NCBI GenBank assembly: GCA_965224485.1
Contig: CBDCZH010000007.1
Coordinates: 32,001 to 96,000 of the forward strand
Source of the DNA: Arcobacteraceae bacterium
GTDB lineage: Bacteria; Campylobacterota; Campylobacteria; Campylobacterales; Arcobacteraceae
Reading direction: 5' to 3'
DNA: 64,000 nt
Part shown: positions 27,979 to 38,853 of the stretch, one piece after another
Layout of the letters: each line of letters opens with the position of its first letter
How positions within the stretch are numbered: the stretch's first letter is position 1
Translations under genes and position numbers: made by a program
Notes under the pieces: model-generated
What the model was told of the DNA's origin: nothing
The model's database searches: none
Seen by the model: the letters and a program-made list of their open reading frames with translations, nothing else

Positions 27979-29117
27979 TATAAGCCATATCTTTTTAAAT
28001 ATAATAAAAAATTCTCAACTACTGAAAATGACCCAAATACTAAATAGTTTTCATCTTTTTCTATTTTTATAAAATTTTCTTGTTTTATGTCTAATTTTTT
28101 ACAAACGTTTATCAATTCTTCACTCTTTACGACTCTTTTATCTTTGATTTTTATAATTAATATTTTCTTTATAATTGGTTTTAATATTCTTAAAACTTCC
28201 TCATAATTTTTATCTTTTAAACTATTATATACTAAAACTATTTTTTCTTCTCTTCTTAAAAACTCTTCTAATATTACCTTTGATGCTAATACATTATGCC
28301 CAACATCAATAGTAATATTTTTTCTGATTCTCTCACATCTTGCTTTTATCTTTACATCAGAAAAAAGTTCCATATCAATAGTAAAATTTAACTTCTTAAG
28401 TGCCATTATAGAAACACTAAGATTTTGTTTTAAATATTTTGGAAAATCTAATTTTTCTACATTTTCATCAATTTTACTAAAAAAATCATAAGTAATATTT
28501 TTACTTTCACAAAACTCTTTTGCATAAGTTATCACTTCTTTTTTAACCTGATGTGAGAGAATCATATGAGTATCAACAGAGCGCATCTTAGTTAAAGCTA
28601 TATCTTTTATAGTATTTCCTAAAAAAGTCTCATGATCGTAATGTATTGTTGTTACAAGTGATAAATCATTTTTTACAATATTTGTAGCATCAAACTCACC
28701 ACCTAAACCAGCTTCTAAAACTAAATAATCAAAAGAAGATGAAAGTTTTAAAGCAAGAAGAGTTGTATACTCAAAATATGTAAGTTTTAAACTTATATCT
28801 TGGGGTAAAATTTCTAATAACTCTTTATGTGTTTTATCTAAAAGTTCTGATGAAACATCAGAACCATTTATCCAAATTCTTTCATTAAAACTTAAAATAT
28901 GTGGAGAGCTATAATGAAGAGTTTTTTTATTGCTTTTATATAAATAATGAGCTAAAAACCTTCCAGTACTTCCTTTACCATTTGTTCCTACAAGATGTAT
29001 AACATATGGTAAAGAAATATGCTTTTGCAAACTTTTCCAAGCTAAAGCAATAATAGATAAATCTATTTTCTCATAAAATAGTTCTTTATCTTCTAAAAAT
29101 ATTTCTAAATCTGTCAT
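27978..29117 (-). CDS. folC: Folylpolyglutamate/dihydrofolate synthase
   Basis: GTNGKGS, SPH, LEAGLGGEFDATN, DVGHN. Confidence 0.93.
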   Translation of the reverse strand: MTDLEIFLEDKELFYEKIDLSIIALAWKSLQKHISLPYVIHLVGTNGKGSTGRFLAHYLYKSNKKTLHYSSPHILSFNERIWINGSDVSSELLDKTHKELLEILPQDISLKLTYFEYTTLLALKLSSSFDYLVLEAGLGGEFDATNIVKNDLSLVTTIHYDHETFLGNTIKDIALTKMRSVDTHMILSHQVKKEVITYAKEFCESKNITYDFFSKIDENVEKLDFPKYLKQNLSVSIMALKKLNFTIDMELFSDVKIKARCERIRKNITIDVGHNVLASKVILEEFLRREEKIVLVYNSLKDKNYEEVLRILKPIIKKILIIKIKDKRVVKSEELINVCKKLDIKQENFIKIEKDENYLVFGSFSVVENFLLYLKRYGL

Positions 29118-29636
29118 TTATTTATAAGCAGTAATTGCAAGTTTTGAAATAACTTCATCTAAAGCTTTAGCAAAAGCTTTTTTAATAGCATCAAATCTTT
29201 TCGTATCAGAAATAGTTCCTTTTGAATTAGTTGAAAAATCATATCTTCCACTTACATCAAAACTTTTTATCTCTTCATTCTTATTTTTATACTTAACATT
29301 TAAAGTAACTGTTGCTTTATATAGTTTTACATAACCAGAATCATCATAACTTAGTTCTGAAAAATTTACATTTTTATAATCCAAATAAACAATAGTATCA
29401 GCTTGATCTTTTTTATAAACTAAAGTTTTATCTAAACGTTGTACTAAAAGTTCATGAAACACGTCTTTAATTAAAACAGAGTTTTTAGGATCTTTTATAT
29501 TTACATTCAAATCAACAAATATTTTTTCACCTAACTCTTTTTTTGCATAAGAACTTGAAGTTTTATAACCACAAGAGACAAACGACAAAGTAAGAATCAT
29601 TAAAAACAGAAAATTAAGTTTTTTTATTTTAAACAT
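29118..29636 (-). CDS. lptE: LPS assembly lipoprotein
   Basis: Lipobox FVSCGY; directly downstream of leuS. Confidence 0.8.
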   Translation of the reverse strand: MFKIKKLNFLFLMILTLSFVSCGYKTSSSYAKKELGEKIFVDLNVNIKDPKNSVLIKDVFHELLVQRLDKTLVYKKDQADTIVYLDYKNVNFSELSYDDSGYVKLYKATVTLNVKYKNKNEEIKSFDVSGRYDFSTNSKGTISDTKRFDAIKKAFAKALDEVISKLAITAYK

Positions 29637-29645
29637 TATTAACCT

Positions 29646-32108
29646 TTATTTCACAACTAAATTAACTAATTTATTAGGAACAAGAATCTCTTTTACAATC
29701 TCTTTTCCTTCAATCCATTTTAAAGAAGCTTCTTTAGCAATACTTAAAATTTCTTCTTTTGAAGCACTTGGATTAACTTCAATTTCACATCTTTTTTTAC
29801 CATTAATAGTAATAGCTAACAGTATAGAGTCTTTAGCAAAAACTTCATCTTTAACTTCTATTTTTTCTTTAAAATTTTTCATTTCAAATAAATTATTTGC
29901 AATTTCCCAAGATAAATGAGGAATAACTGGTTCTAAAATATTACTTAAAATATAATAAGCCTCAGCCCATATTAACTTATTGTTTTGATTACCTAAAGCA
30001 TTCATAGCTTCCATTGAAGCGGCTATTAAAGTATTAAAAGCATATGTCTTATCAAATACATCATTTGATTTAACTAAAGCTTCGTATACTTTTAATCTAG
30101 CTTCTTTTTCATTTTTATCTAAATTTTTATGTTCAATATTTAGAATTTCATTTATACTAACACCTTGTGCCAATTCAGATTTATTAGAGAATTTTTTGAT
30201 AAATCTAAAAGCACCTTCAACAGCTGAATCATTCCACTCTAACTCTTTAGTTGGAGGCGCTGCAAACATCATAAATAATCGTGCAGTATCAGCCCCATAT
30301 TTTTTAATTATCTTATCAGGATCTACCACGTTTCCTTTTGATTTAGACATTTTAGCCCCATCTTTTAAAACCATACCTTGTGTAAGAAGTTTTTTAAAAG
30401 GTTCTTTAGAATTTGTATATCCTAAAGAATTTAAAGCTTTTGTAAAAAACCTTGCATATAAAAGGTGTAATATTGCATGCTCAATTCCACCAATATATTG
30501 ATCAACATCCATCCAATAATCACTATCATCAAGATTAATACCTTCTTTGTTCCATACTTTTGGATTTGTTGCATATCGCAAGAAATACCAAGAAGACTGT
30601 ACAAAAGTATCTAAAGTATCTGTTTCTCTTAAAGCAGGTTTTCCACACTTAGGACAAGAACAATGTTTCCAAGTAGGATGAGTATCTAAAGGATTACCCT
30701 CCCCTGTAATTTCTATATCATCAGGCAAAGAAATTGGTAAGTTTTCATTCTTTTCAGCTACTAATCCACAAGATTCACAATGAATAAAAGGAATAGGAGC
30801 TCCCCAGTATCTCTGTCTTGAAATACCCCAGTCTCTTAGTTTATAATTTATTTGTTTTTTACCAAAAGAGTTTTTCTCAAAATGATACATTATTGCTTTT
30901 TGTGCTTCTTTTGATTTTAAATGAGTAAAAGATTCAGAATCAATTAATACACCTTCACCTACAAAGGCTTCTTTTAAAGAAAGTTCTTTTCCATCTTTTC
31001 CTACAATTACTTGTTTGATATCTAGATTATACGCTTTCGCAAACTCAAAATCTCTTTGATCATGAGCTGGAACTGCCATAACCGCACCTGAACCATAAGA
31101 AACTAAAACAAAGTTAGCAACCCAAACAGGAATGCTTTCACCAGTTAATGGATGAATTACATCTATTTCTAAACTAACACCCTCTTTAGCTTGAATAGCT
31201 CTATCTCTTTCACTAACTTTTTGCATATCTTTTATTGCGTTAATTTTTTTACTAGAAATAAGTTTATTATCAAGTAAATATTTTACAATTTCATGCTCAG
31301 GAGAAAGTGCTGTATACGTTACTCCATAAATAGTATCAGGTCTAGTTGTAAAAACATCAAAAGACGAAAAGTTTCTATCAAGTTTATACCTAGACTCTTT
31401 TGAAAGTTCAAAAGTAAATTCTAAACCTTCACTTCTTCCTATCCAGTTTTTTTGCATAGTTAAAACTTGTGAGGGCCAAGTATCTTCTAAAGTATCTAAA
31501 TCATCTAATAAATCTTGTGCATATTTAGTAATACCTATATAATAACCAGGCATCTCTTTTTGTATAACTTCTGTATCACATCTCCAACAGCAACCATCTT
31601 CAACTTGTTCATTTGCTAAAACAGTATGACAAGGTTCACACCAGTTCACTGTTGTTGATTTTCTGTATAATAATTTCTCTTCATACATTTTAATTATAAA
31701 TTCTTGTTCCCATTTTGTATATAAAGGATCAGAAGTTGCAAATTCTCGCTCTTGTGAAAAAGATAGACCTAAACTTTTTAGTTCTTTTTTCATATAATCA
31801 ATATTTTCGTAAGTCCATTTTTTAGGATGAAGTTTGTGTTTGATAGCAGCATTTTCAGCTGGCATTCCAAAACTATCCCAACCAATAGGGTGAAGTACGT
31901 TAAAATCTTGTTTTCTAAAATGCCTTGCAAAAGCATCACCTAAACAGTAATTTCGTACATGACCCATATGAATTCTACCACTTGGGTATGGAAACATACT
32001 CAAAATATATTTTTTTTCTTTTGTAAAATCATTACTAGGTTCAAAACTTTTATGTTCATCCCAGTATTTCTGCCAATTTTTTTCGATTTCTTGAGGATTA
32101 TATTCCAT
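29646..32108 (-). CDS. leuS: Leucine--tRNA ligase
   Basis: HMGH, KMSKS, FTTRPDT. Confidence 0.98.
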   Translation of the reverse strand: MEYNPQEIEKNWQKYWDEHKSFEPSNDFTKEKKYILSMFPYPSGRIHMGHVRNYCLGDAFARHFRKQDFNVLHPIGWDSFGMPAENAAIKHKLHPKKWTYENIDYMKKELKSLGLSFSQEREFATSDPLYTKWEQEFIIKMYEEKLLYRKSTTVNWCEPCHTVLANEQVEDGCCWRCDTEVIQKEMPGYYIGITKYAQDLLDDLDTLEDTWPSQVLTMQKNWIGRSEGLEFTFELSKESRYKLDRNFSSFDVFTTRPDTIYGVTYTALSPEHEIVKYLLDNKLISSKKINAIKDMQKVSERDRAIQAKEGVSLEIDVIHPLTGESIPVWVANFVLVSYGSGAVMAVPAHDQRDFEFAKAYNLDIKQVIVGKDGKELSLKEAFVGEGVLIDSESFTHLKSKEAQKAIMYHFEKNSFGKKQINYKLRDWGISRQRYWGAPIPFIHCESCGLVAEKNENLPISLPDDIEITGEGNPLDTHPTWKHCSCPKCGKPALRETDTLDTFVQSSWYFLRYATNPKVWNKEGINLDDSDYWMDVDQYIGGIEHAILHLLYARFFTKALNSLGYTNSKEPFKKLLTQGMVLKDGAKMSKSKGNVVDPDKIIKKYGADTARLFMMFAAPPTKELEWNDSAVEGAFRFIKKFSNKSELAQGVSINEILNIEHKNLDKNEKEARLKVYEALVKSNDVFDKTYAFNTLIAASMEAMNALGNQNNKLIWAEAYYILSNILEPVIPHLSWEIANNLFEMKNFKEKIEVKDEVFAKDSILLAITINGKKRCEIEVNPSASKEEILSIAKEASLKWIEGKEIVKEILVPNKLVNLVVK

Positions 32109-32452
32109 TAAAACTCGTCCTTTTCTTGACTTTTTGCACTCTCAATTAAAGCTAAAGCAATAGAAAATAAATTTGCTACAACTGCCCCAATTGCTAAAGC
32201 AATTGCAAGTCTCTCATCACCTGAAAAAGTTAAAACCATGAACGCTGGAATAAGATGTAAATCTGCTACTAAAGAACTTGCTAATAACTCTGCTGATAAT
32301 AAGTTTTTAACACCAATTTTTAATATTGTTGATATTACGTTTACACCTGCTGCTAAAAATAAAGCAATTGCATTTGGTTCGTATAAAAACCCTGCAGTTG
32401 TTGTTAGTGACATAAGTGAAAAGAATATATAAGTTACCTTACCCCAATCCAT
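32108..32452 (-). CDS. Conserved Campylobacterota membrane protein (DUF6394-like)
   Basis: MDWGKV..., [12 protein letters not shown]; lies upstream of leuS. Confidence 0.75.
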   Translation of the reverse strand: MDWGKVTYIFFSLMSLTTTAGFLYEPNAIALFLAAGVNVISTILKIGVKNLLSAELLASSLVADLHLIPAFMVLTFSGDERLAIALAIGAVVANLFSIALALIESAKSQEKDEF

Positions 32453-32537
32453 GATTATCCTTTAAATGTGTTTCTTAAAAGCAAATATATTATCCAAAAG
32501 TACCTAAAAAAGCTCTTTTAAACTAAGATTATTTTTT

Positions 32538-33011
32538 CTACTCTTCTATTTTTTTATAAGAATAAGAAATTATTAATTGATAAAGTAAATACAAAATTAC
32601 AAATTTTATAAATAATTCAATAAATAAAAGAAAAGTAAAATTAGCATTTAAAAAGTGTAAAGGCTCAAGATTGTGAAGTAAAAAGTTAAATGTTAAATCT
32701 TTTGTTATTATCCAATAAATCCCAAAACAGGTATATAAAATTAAAGTAAGAAAGTTTGATCGTTTAAAAAATATGATGTTTATAACACATAACCATAAGA
32801 ATAGTGTAAATAACAAAGCAATAGACATCTCTAAATAAAATCCAGAAGGAAAAGAAGAGATAAAAGAAAGGCTTTTTTCATCATCAAAATACTCCAAAAT
32901 AGAAGCAAATAATTCAAAAATTACAATCCATAACAAAACAAGTTTCCAGTTTTTAGAATTTTCAGATGTAATTCTATCAAAGTTATATTTTATTTTTTTA
33001 AGTTTTTCCAT
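32538..33011 (-). CDS. Hypothetical membrane protein
   Basis: About 4 TM segments; ATG at 33011 preferred over TTG at 33032. Confidence 0.65.
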   Translation of the reverse strand: MEKLKKIKYNFDRITSENSKNWKLVLLWIVIFELFASILEYFDDEKSLSFISSFPSGFYLEMSIALLFTLFLWLCVINIIFFKRSNFLTLILYTCFGIYWIITKDLTFNFLLHNLEPLHFLNANFTFLLFIELFIKFVILYLLYQLIISYSYKKIEE

Positions 33012-33217
33012 TATGCATCCATTTTCAATCAAACTTATATAATTATAATTCTATAACTTTAACCTTAAAAGAAATATAAATAACAAAAAATACCTATAAA
33101 TAATTTAATGAATTTATAAAATAATAACTTACTTGTAAAATTACACAAAATAAACGAAAGAATATCCTAATTTTAAATATCTACAAGAATAAACTTCAAA
33201 GAAAAAAACTGCAATAG

Positions 33218-34480
33218 CTATTTTCGCCTAGTATTTTGCCGAATAGATATAATCAACTGATAAATCAAATATGCAATTATTATTTTAAAAAGTAGTTTGC
33301 CTAAATCAAGATTATTCCAATTTGTTAGATTTAAATTTTCAAATAAATTTGTACGATCATCAAATACTACTATTTTAGAAAAAAAGAAATATCCTAAAAT
33401 TGTAAATAAAAGCATACTCCACTTCTTAATATATTTTTTAAAAAAGAACATCAAATATGAAAAAGAAAAAAGTCCAATAATTGAAGTAAGTAATAAATCA
33501 ATAATCTTAATAGATTCAGTATCTTTTGAAATGGCAGAATTTAAGAAACTGTATAAAAAAGTTAAATTTATTATCCAAAATAAAGCTAAAAGCCAGTCTT
33601 GTGAATGGTCAGAGCATAAACCATGAACTCTAAACACAAGCCACTCAGAAAAATTCTTACCTTTTTTTATATCAACGTTTAGCTCTTTTTCTCTTTCTCT
33701 CATTTCTAAAGCATAAAATTTATTTGCTTCAATAATATTATTTTGTTTTTCAAAAGAATCTTTAATTATTCTAGCAGTTTCTCTATCTAATTTTTCTACA
33801 TCAATATCTAAAAAACTAACTTCCTTTTTAAAAAAAGTAGAATTAAATCTCAATTCATAAATTATAGTTCCACTTAATAGAATAGTTCCATTAAAATAAG
33901 TATGAAGAAATTGCATGTTTTTAAAAAACGTAGATTCTATAAAGGAAACAATATTATAAAAATTTACATTATAAAGCATAAAATCACCTTTAACTTTAGT
34001 TGATTGAAATAAAAAAATATTTTTAAAGACTACATTAGAAAAATTTATATCTCCTTCAATAAGACACTTATCAAATGTAACTTTATTAGCAAGTGAGACA
34101 TCTGATAAGTCAATATTATCTAAAAATATACAACTAATAAAATATATACTTTTATCTTCCTTTATATTAGAAAATGGTTTTAAGTTAAACAAAACATTTG
34201 AAATATATTCAGAAGGAAATATTATATTTATAAAATTATAACTATTAGTATTTTTATTTACTTTAAGCAAGTTATCATCAACTGGTAATTTAGAATTATT
34301 ATTAACATTTGAAATTAAAAACTCTATCTCTTCCCAAAATTTTGTCTGATTCGTTGCAGATTTAAACCAATTTTTCTTCCCGTGTGTAATGTTATACCAA
34401 TCGTCTTTTTCACAATGTAAAATACATTTATAATTTTTATAAACTTCTATCTTACAATTTTCACAAGAACAAGTGGGCAT
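33218..34480 (-). CDS. Pentapeptide-repeat-like protein with N-terminal Cys/His cluster and C-terminal TM helices
   Basis: CSCENC..CILHC; repeated F...F spacing; EANKFYALEM; SD AGGAG. Confidence 0.7.
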   Translation of the reverse strand: MPTCSCENCKIEVYKNYKCILHCEKDDWYNITHGKKNWFKSATNQTKFWEEIEFLISNVNNNSKLPVDDNLLKVNKNTNSYNFINIIFPSEYISNVLFNLKPFSNIKEDKSIYFISCIFLDNIDLSDVSLANKVTFDKCLIEGDINFSNVVFKNIFLFQSTKVKGDFMLYNVNFYNIVSFIESTFFKNMQFLHTYFNGTILLSGTIIYELRFNSTFFKKEVSFLDIDVEKLDRETARIIKDSFEKQNNIIEANKFYALEMREREKELNVDIKKGKNFSEWLVFRVHGLCSDHSQDWLLALFWIINLTFLYSFLNSAISKDTESIKIIDLLLTSIIGLFSFSYLMFFFKKYIKKWSMLLFTILGYFFFSKIVVFDDRTNLFENLNLTNWNNLDLGKLLFKIIIAYLIYQLIISIRQNTRRK

Positions 34481-34555
34481 TATTTCTCCTAAAGATTTAT
34501 TAGTATTATTGTATTGAAATTATCTTTAAAAAAGTTATTTATATTATTTAGATAT

Positions 34556-34704
34556 TTTAAGTGCTTAGAAAGTTTGAGATTTTGTGCAAAATCAAGGCGG
34601 AGTTTAAATTTCAAAACGGAGTGTACGCTTTAGTACATGAGTATTTTAAATTTGAGCTCCAACGCAGAGTTTGCGCCAAAGCTCAAAGTTTATAAGTTCT
34701 TAAA
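34556..34704 (+). repeat. ERIC-like nested-hairpin element, copy 3
   Basis: CAAGGC 34593, GGAGTGTAC 34618, GTACATGAG 34633, AACGCAG 34661; arm overlaps the secF TAA. Confidence 0.85.
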
Positions 34705-35671
34705 CGGTTCCTTGTTCATACATAGCTCTCATCTTATCTTTCTCTTTCTGTCTTTTCAACTTACCAGCCTCTTTAGCTCTAAAGTTACTCATAGAGAATC
34801 TTAATTGAACTAAAAATGAACTTGCTATAAAGATTGAAGAATAAGTTCCTACAATAATTCCAACTAGCATAGTAAATGAGAATCCATGAATGATTTCACC
34901 ACCGAATATAAACAGTGTGATAACAACAAAGAATGTTGTTAATGAAGTAAGAGTTGTTCTTGATAAAGTTTTACTAACTGATTCATTTACTACTTCTTCT
35001 AAATCAGTCTTTTTAGAGGTTTGAACACCCTCTCTAATTCTATCAAAAACAATAATCGTATCATTTAAGGAGTATCCCAAAATAGTTAAAATTGCGGCTA
35101 AAATATCTAAGTTTACTTCTACTGAAAATAAAGCAATTGCTCCAAGTGCAATAGTAATATCATGAACAAGTGCAAAAATCGAAGCAACTGCAAATCTCCA
35201 CTCAAATCTAAAACTTACATAAATAAGAATTACTAACATAGATAAACCTAAAGCCATAAAACCTTTTTCTCTAAGCTCGCCACCTACTTTAGGTCCAACT
35301 ATATCAACTCTTCTTACTTCAAAACTTCCAGTTTTATCTAAAACTCTTGAAATTTCATCACCTAAATCAGAACTAAGATCAGTTGAACTACCTTTAATTC
35401 TAATAACTATTTCTTCTGGACTTCCAAACTCAGTTATTGTTGAGTTTTTAAATTCTACTGTTTGATTTAAAATATTTCTTATCTTTTTTATAGGTGCAGC
35501 TTGTTCATATTTAACTTGAACAATTGTTCCACCTGCAAAATCAATGCCTAAATTTAAACCTTTTGTAAAAAGTAAAACTATTGAAGCTATAACTAAAATT
35601 GCAGAGAATCCTAAAAAAGGAACTCTTTTTCCCATAAAATTGTATATTTTATCTGCTTTAAAAATTTCCAT
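34700..35671 (-). CDS. secF: Protein translocase subunit SecF
   Basis: GIDFAGGT, VGPKVG.EL, GYSLNDTIIVFDRIRE; start at MEIF. Confidence 0.97.
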   Translation of the reverse strand: MEIFKADKIYNFMGKRVPFLGFSAILVIASIVLLFTKGLNLGIDFAGGTIVQVKYEQAAPIKKIRNILNQTVEFKNSTITEFGSPEEIVIRIKGSSTDLSSDLGDEISRVLDKTGSFEVRRVDIVGPKVGGELREKGFMALGLSMLVILIYVSFRFEWRFAVASIFALVHDITIALGAIALFSVEVNLDILAAILTILGYSLNDTIIVFDRIREGVQTSKKTDLEEVVNESVSKTLSRTTLTSLTTFFVVITLFIFGGEIIHGFSFTMLVGIIVGTYSSIFIASSFLVQLRFSMSNFRAKEAGKLKRQKEKDKMRAMYEQGTV

Positions 35672-35673
35672 AA

Positions 35674-37239
35674 TTAAATACCAAACCATTTTTTTAAATT
35701 TTTATCTTTTGTAATTTTACCTAATAAGGCCTCATAAATTCCATGTGTTCCTAAAATAGCAGTTAACATTGAAGCTAAAATACCAATTGAAATAGTAACT
35801 GCAAAACCTTTAATAGGTCCAGTTCCATAAGCATATAAAATAACAGCAACTAAAAGTGTTGTTATATTTGCATCTAAGATTGCTCTCATTGCATTTGAAT
35901 ATCCATCTTCAATAGCTTTAGCAATGGAAGAACCACCTTTTAATAACTCTCTAATTCGCTCACTTATAATAACATTCGCATCAACGGCCATACCAACGGT
36001 TAAAACAATACCTGCCATTCCTGGAAGGGTTAAAGTAGCCCCAAACATAGCCATAACTGCAATTATTATAAAAATATTTGTAACAAGTGCTATATTTGCA
36101 ATAACTCCTGCATATCTGTAATAAACAATCATAAATATGAATACTAAAATAAATCCTAAAATTAAAGCTAACATAGAAGCTTTAATAGAATCAGCACCTA
36201 AAGACGGACCTACTGATCTTTTCTCTAACATTTTTACACTAGCTGGAAGAGCACCTGAACGCAAGGCAATTGCAACATTTCCTGCTTCAATTAAAGTAAA
36301 ACCACCAGAAATTTGACCACTTCCTCCACCAATTCTCTCTCTAATATTTGGAGCTGAATAAACTTTTCCATCTAAAACGACAGCTAATCTTTTTCCTATA
36401 CTTTTTGAAGTAAAATCTCCAAAAATTCTAGCTCCACTTGAATTCAGTTTAAAGTTAATTATAGGTTGATTTGCTGTATCAAAAGCAACTTGCGCATCAA
36501 TAATTTGAGAACCATTTAAAATAGGTATCTCTTTTACTAAATATTTTTTTAAAGGATCTTTAGAATCATTTAAAATCACATCTCCATAAGAAGATGCTTC
36601 ACTTGCACTTAAAGTATATACTTGATCTGATCTATCTTCATCAATTGCCATTAACTCTAGGTGAGCTGGTTTTGATATAAGCTCTCTTGCTGCTTTTTCA
36701 TCTGCCCCTGTTTTAATACCAGGTAATTCAACAACAATATCTTCAGCACCTTGTCTTACAACAGTAGGTTCTGATAGACCAAATTGATCAAGTCTATTTC
36801 TAATAGTTTCAACAGCTTGTGAAACTGCTAAATCTTTAGTTTTTGCTATATCTTCTACAGTTAAACTTAGTTTATATGCTAAATCAGCATCTTTTCTTAT
36901 AATAAGACCTTTGATTTTTTCTAACATTTCATCAACTTTAGAAACTTCATCTGGATCTAGAACAATAAATGACACACTTGTCTCATCAAAAGTTAAATCT
37001 TCTATTAAAATATCATCATCATCTGTAAAATATTTTATTGAAGTAGCTAAAGTTTTTAGTTTTGCACTAACTGCTTCATGTGTATTAACACCTAAAAGCA
37101 TATGAAGTCCACCTTGTAAGTCAAGACCTAAGTTTATTTTTTTTCCTGTATCAGTTTGTAAAAAAGAAGGCATAGCAAAAACCAAGCCAAAAATTATACT
37201 AAGTGTAAATATTATAAATCTATAATTAAAGATTTTCAA
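35674..37239 (-). CDS. secD: Protein translocase subunit SecD
   Basis: LGLDLQGG, LRSGALPA, GMAVDANV. Confidence 0.97.
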   Translation of the reverse strand: MKIFNYRFIIFTLSIIFGLVFAMPSFLQTDTGKKINLGLDLQGGLHMLLGVNTHEAVSAKLKTLATSIKYFTDDDDILIEDLTFDETSVSFIVLDPDEVSKVDEMLEKIKGLIIRKDADLAYKLSLTVEDIAKTKDLAVSQAVETIRNRLDQFGLSEPTVVRQGAEDIVVELPGIKTGADEKAARELISKPAHLELMAIDEDRSDQVYTLSASEASSYGDVILNDSKDPLKKYLVKEIPILNGSQIIDAQVAFDTANQPIINFKLNSSGARIFGDFTSKSIGKRLAVVLDGKVYSAPNIRERIGGGSGQISGGFTLIEAGNVAIALRSGALPASVKMLEKRSVGPSLGADSIKASMLALILGFILVFIFMIVYYRYAGVIANIALVTNIFIIIAVMAMFGATLTLPGMAGIVLTVGMAVDANVIISERIRELLKGGSSIAKAIEDGYSNAMRAILDANITTLLVAVILYAYGTGPIKGFAVTISIGILASMLTAILGTHGIYEALLGKITKDKNLKKWFGI

Positions 37240-37299
37240 ATCTTATTCCTTAAAAAAATTTAGTTTATACTAAAAAGTTTTTTAGTATGTAATAGGAAA

Positions 37300-37330
37300 T
37301 TAAAACATGTAAGAAACTTACATGCTTTAA
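37300..37330 (-). terminator. Hairpin or possible terminator between yajC and secD
   Basis: TTAAAGCATGTAAG-TTT-CTTACATGTTTTAA on minus; a second inverted repeat at 37267-37288. Confidence 0.5.
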
Positions 37331-37331
37331 C

Positions 37332-37601
37332 TTAGTCTAGTTTTTTCGCAACAAATTCTTTTGCAAGTTTCATTTCTGAGTTATCAGAATTTTTTACTGC
37401 AAAACAATCTTCTTCTACTTTAATTATTTCAACGATTAAGCCACCATTAGATACAATTTTGTCACCTTTTTTTAAGTTAGCAACCATCTCTTTGTGAGTT
37501 TTAGCTTGTTTTTGCTGTGGTCTAATAATTAAAAAGTAAAATATTGCAAATAATGCAACCAGAGGTAGTAATGAGCTTAATAAATCTCCACTTTGTCCCA
37601 T
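37332..37601 (-). CDS. yajC: Preprotein translocase subunit YajC
   Basis: FYFLIIRPQQK, LKKGDKIV..GG. Confidence 0.95.
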   Translation of the reverse strand: MGQSGDLLSSLLPLVALFAIFYFLIIRPQQKQAKTHKEMVANLKKGDKIVSNGGLIVEIIKVEEDCFAVKNSDNSEMKLAKEFVAKKLD

Positions 37602-37623
37602 ATCATTTCCTTTTTGAGTTTAT

Positions 37624-38853
37624 ATGTTTTTATTAAAACGCGTATATTTTAACAAAATCTTGATAATAAAAGGCTTGATAACTGCAATATTATTTTCATC
37701 CTCTATTTATTTATCATATTTTGATATTGAAGTTAAGTTAGTAAATACAATTTTAGCTATTTTTTCACTTTATTTACTGCTTACTATCCCTAGGATATCC
37801 CTATTCTACTCTGGTTTTTTCATTGGAATATTTTTATTTTACTGGATTAGTTTTTCTTTTATATTTTATGACTTAAACTATTTAATTCCACTTGTAATTC
37901 TAAGTCTTGCTATATTTTATGGCTTTTTCTTTTTATCTATCTCTATTTTTAATAATATTTATGCAAAGATTATATCTTTATTTATTTTATCTTTTATAGA
38001 ACCTTTTTCTTTTAACTGGTTAAAGTTTGAACTTTTATTTGTCAATTCTTATTTAGATATTACTAAAATATCTTTTGCTTTAGTTTTACTCTCAATTCTG
38101 TTATTAGTTAAAAATAAAAAAATATTATTCTTTTTTCCTATATTACTCACATATTTTATTACTGTTCCAAATACCGTAAATCAAAGTTCTTTAAAAATTT
38201 ATCTTCCTGAATACTCTTTTACTCAAGATTTCAAATGGAATAAAAATAATTTAGATGAAATAATAGCTACAAATCTAAAACAAATTGATTTTGCTATTAA
38301 AAATTCTTATGAAGTTGTTGTTTTACCGGAAACTACTTTTCCTATTTTATTAAATACAAATAAAAAAATCATGAATATTTTATTTAAGAAATCAAAAGAA
38401 ATAACTATAATTACAGGTGCTTTATTTTATGAAAATAAAGAATATAGAAACTCTACTTATATCTTTTCAAAAGGTAAACTACAAGTTGCCCATAAGGTTG
38501 TTTTAGTTCCTTTTGGTGAAGCAATTCCCCTTCCTGAAATTCTTAAAAATTTAATAAACAATACTTTTTACAATGGTGCAAAAGATTATGTTAAAGCAAA
38601 AAAAGCAAGTGATTTTACGATAAATAATGTAACATTTAGAAATGCAATTTGTTATGAAGCAACAACAGATAAAATATATGAAGATTTAAATGAAGTAAAA
38701 TATGTAATAGCAAGTTCAAATAATGCTTGGTTTACACCTTCTATTGAACCAGTTTTTCAAAAACTACTTATGAAATATTATGCTAAAAAATATGATTTGA
38801 TAATTTATCATACAGCAAATGGAAGTAAGAATGAGGTAATTACACCCTATTAA
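37624..38853 (+). CDS. lnt: Apolipoprotein N-acyltransferase
   Basis: VLPET, KVVLVPFGE, ICYE, NNAWF. Confidence 0.92.
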   Translation: MFLLKRVYFNKILIIKGLITAILFSSSIYLSYFDIEVKLVNTILAIFSLYLLLTIPRISLFYSGFFIGIFLFYWISFSFIFYDLNYLIPLVILSLAIFYGFFFLSISIFNNIYAKIISLFILSFIEPFSFNWLKFELLFVNSYLDITKISFALVLLSILLLVKNKKILFFFPILLTYFITVPNTVNQSSLKIYLPEYSFTQDFKWNKNNLDEIIATNLKQIDFAIKNSYEVVVLPETTFPILLNTNKKIMNILFKKSKEITIITGALFYENKEYRNSTYIFSKGKLQVAHKVVLVPFGEAIPLPEILKNLINNTFYNGAKDYVKAKKASDFTINNVTFRNAICYEATTDKIYEDLNEVKYVIASSNNAWFTPSIEPVFQKLLMKYYAKKYDLIIYHTANGSKNEVITPY

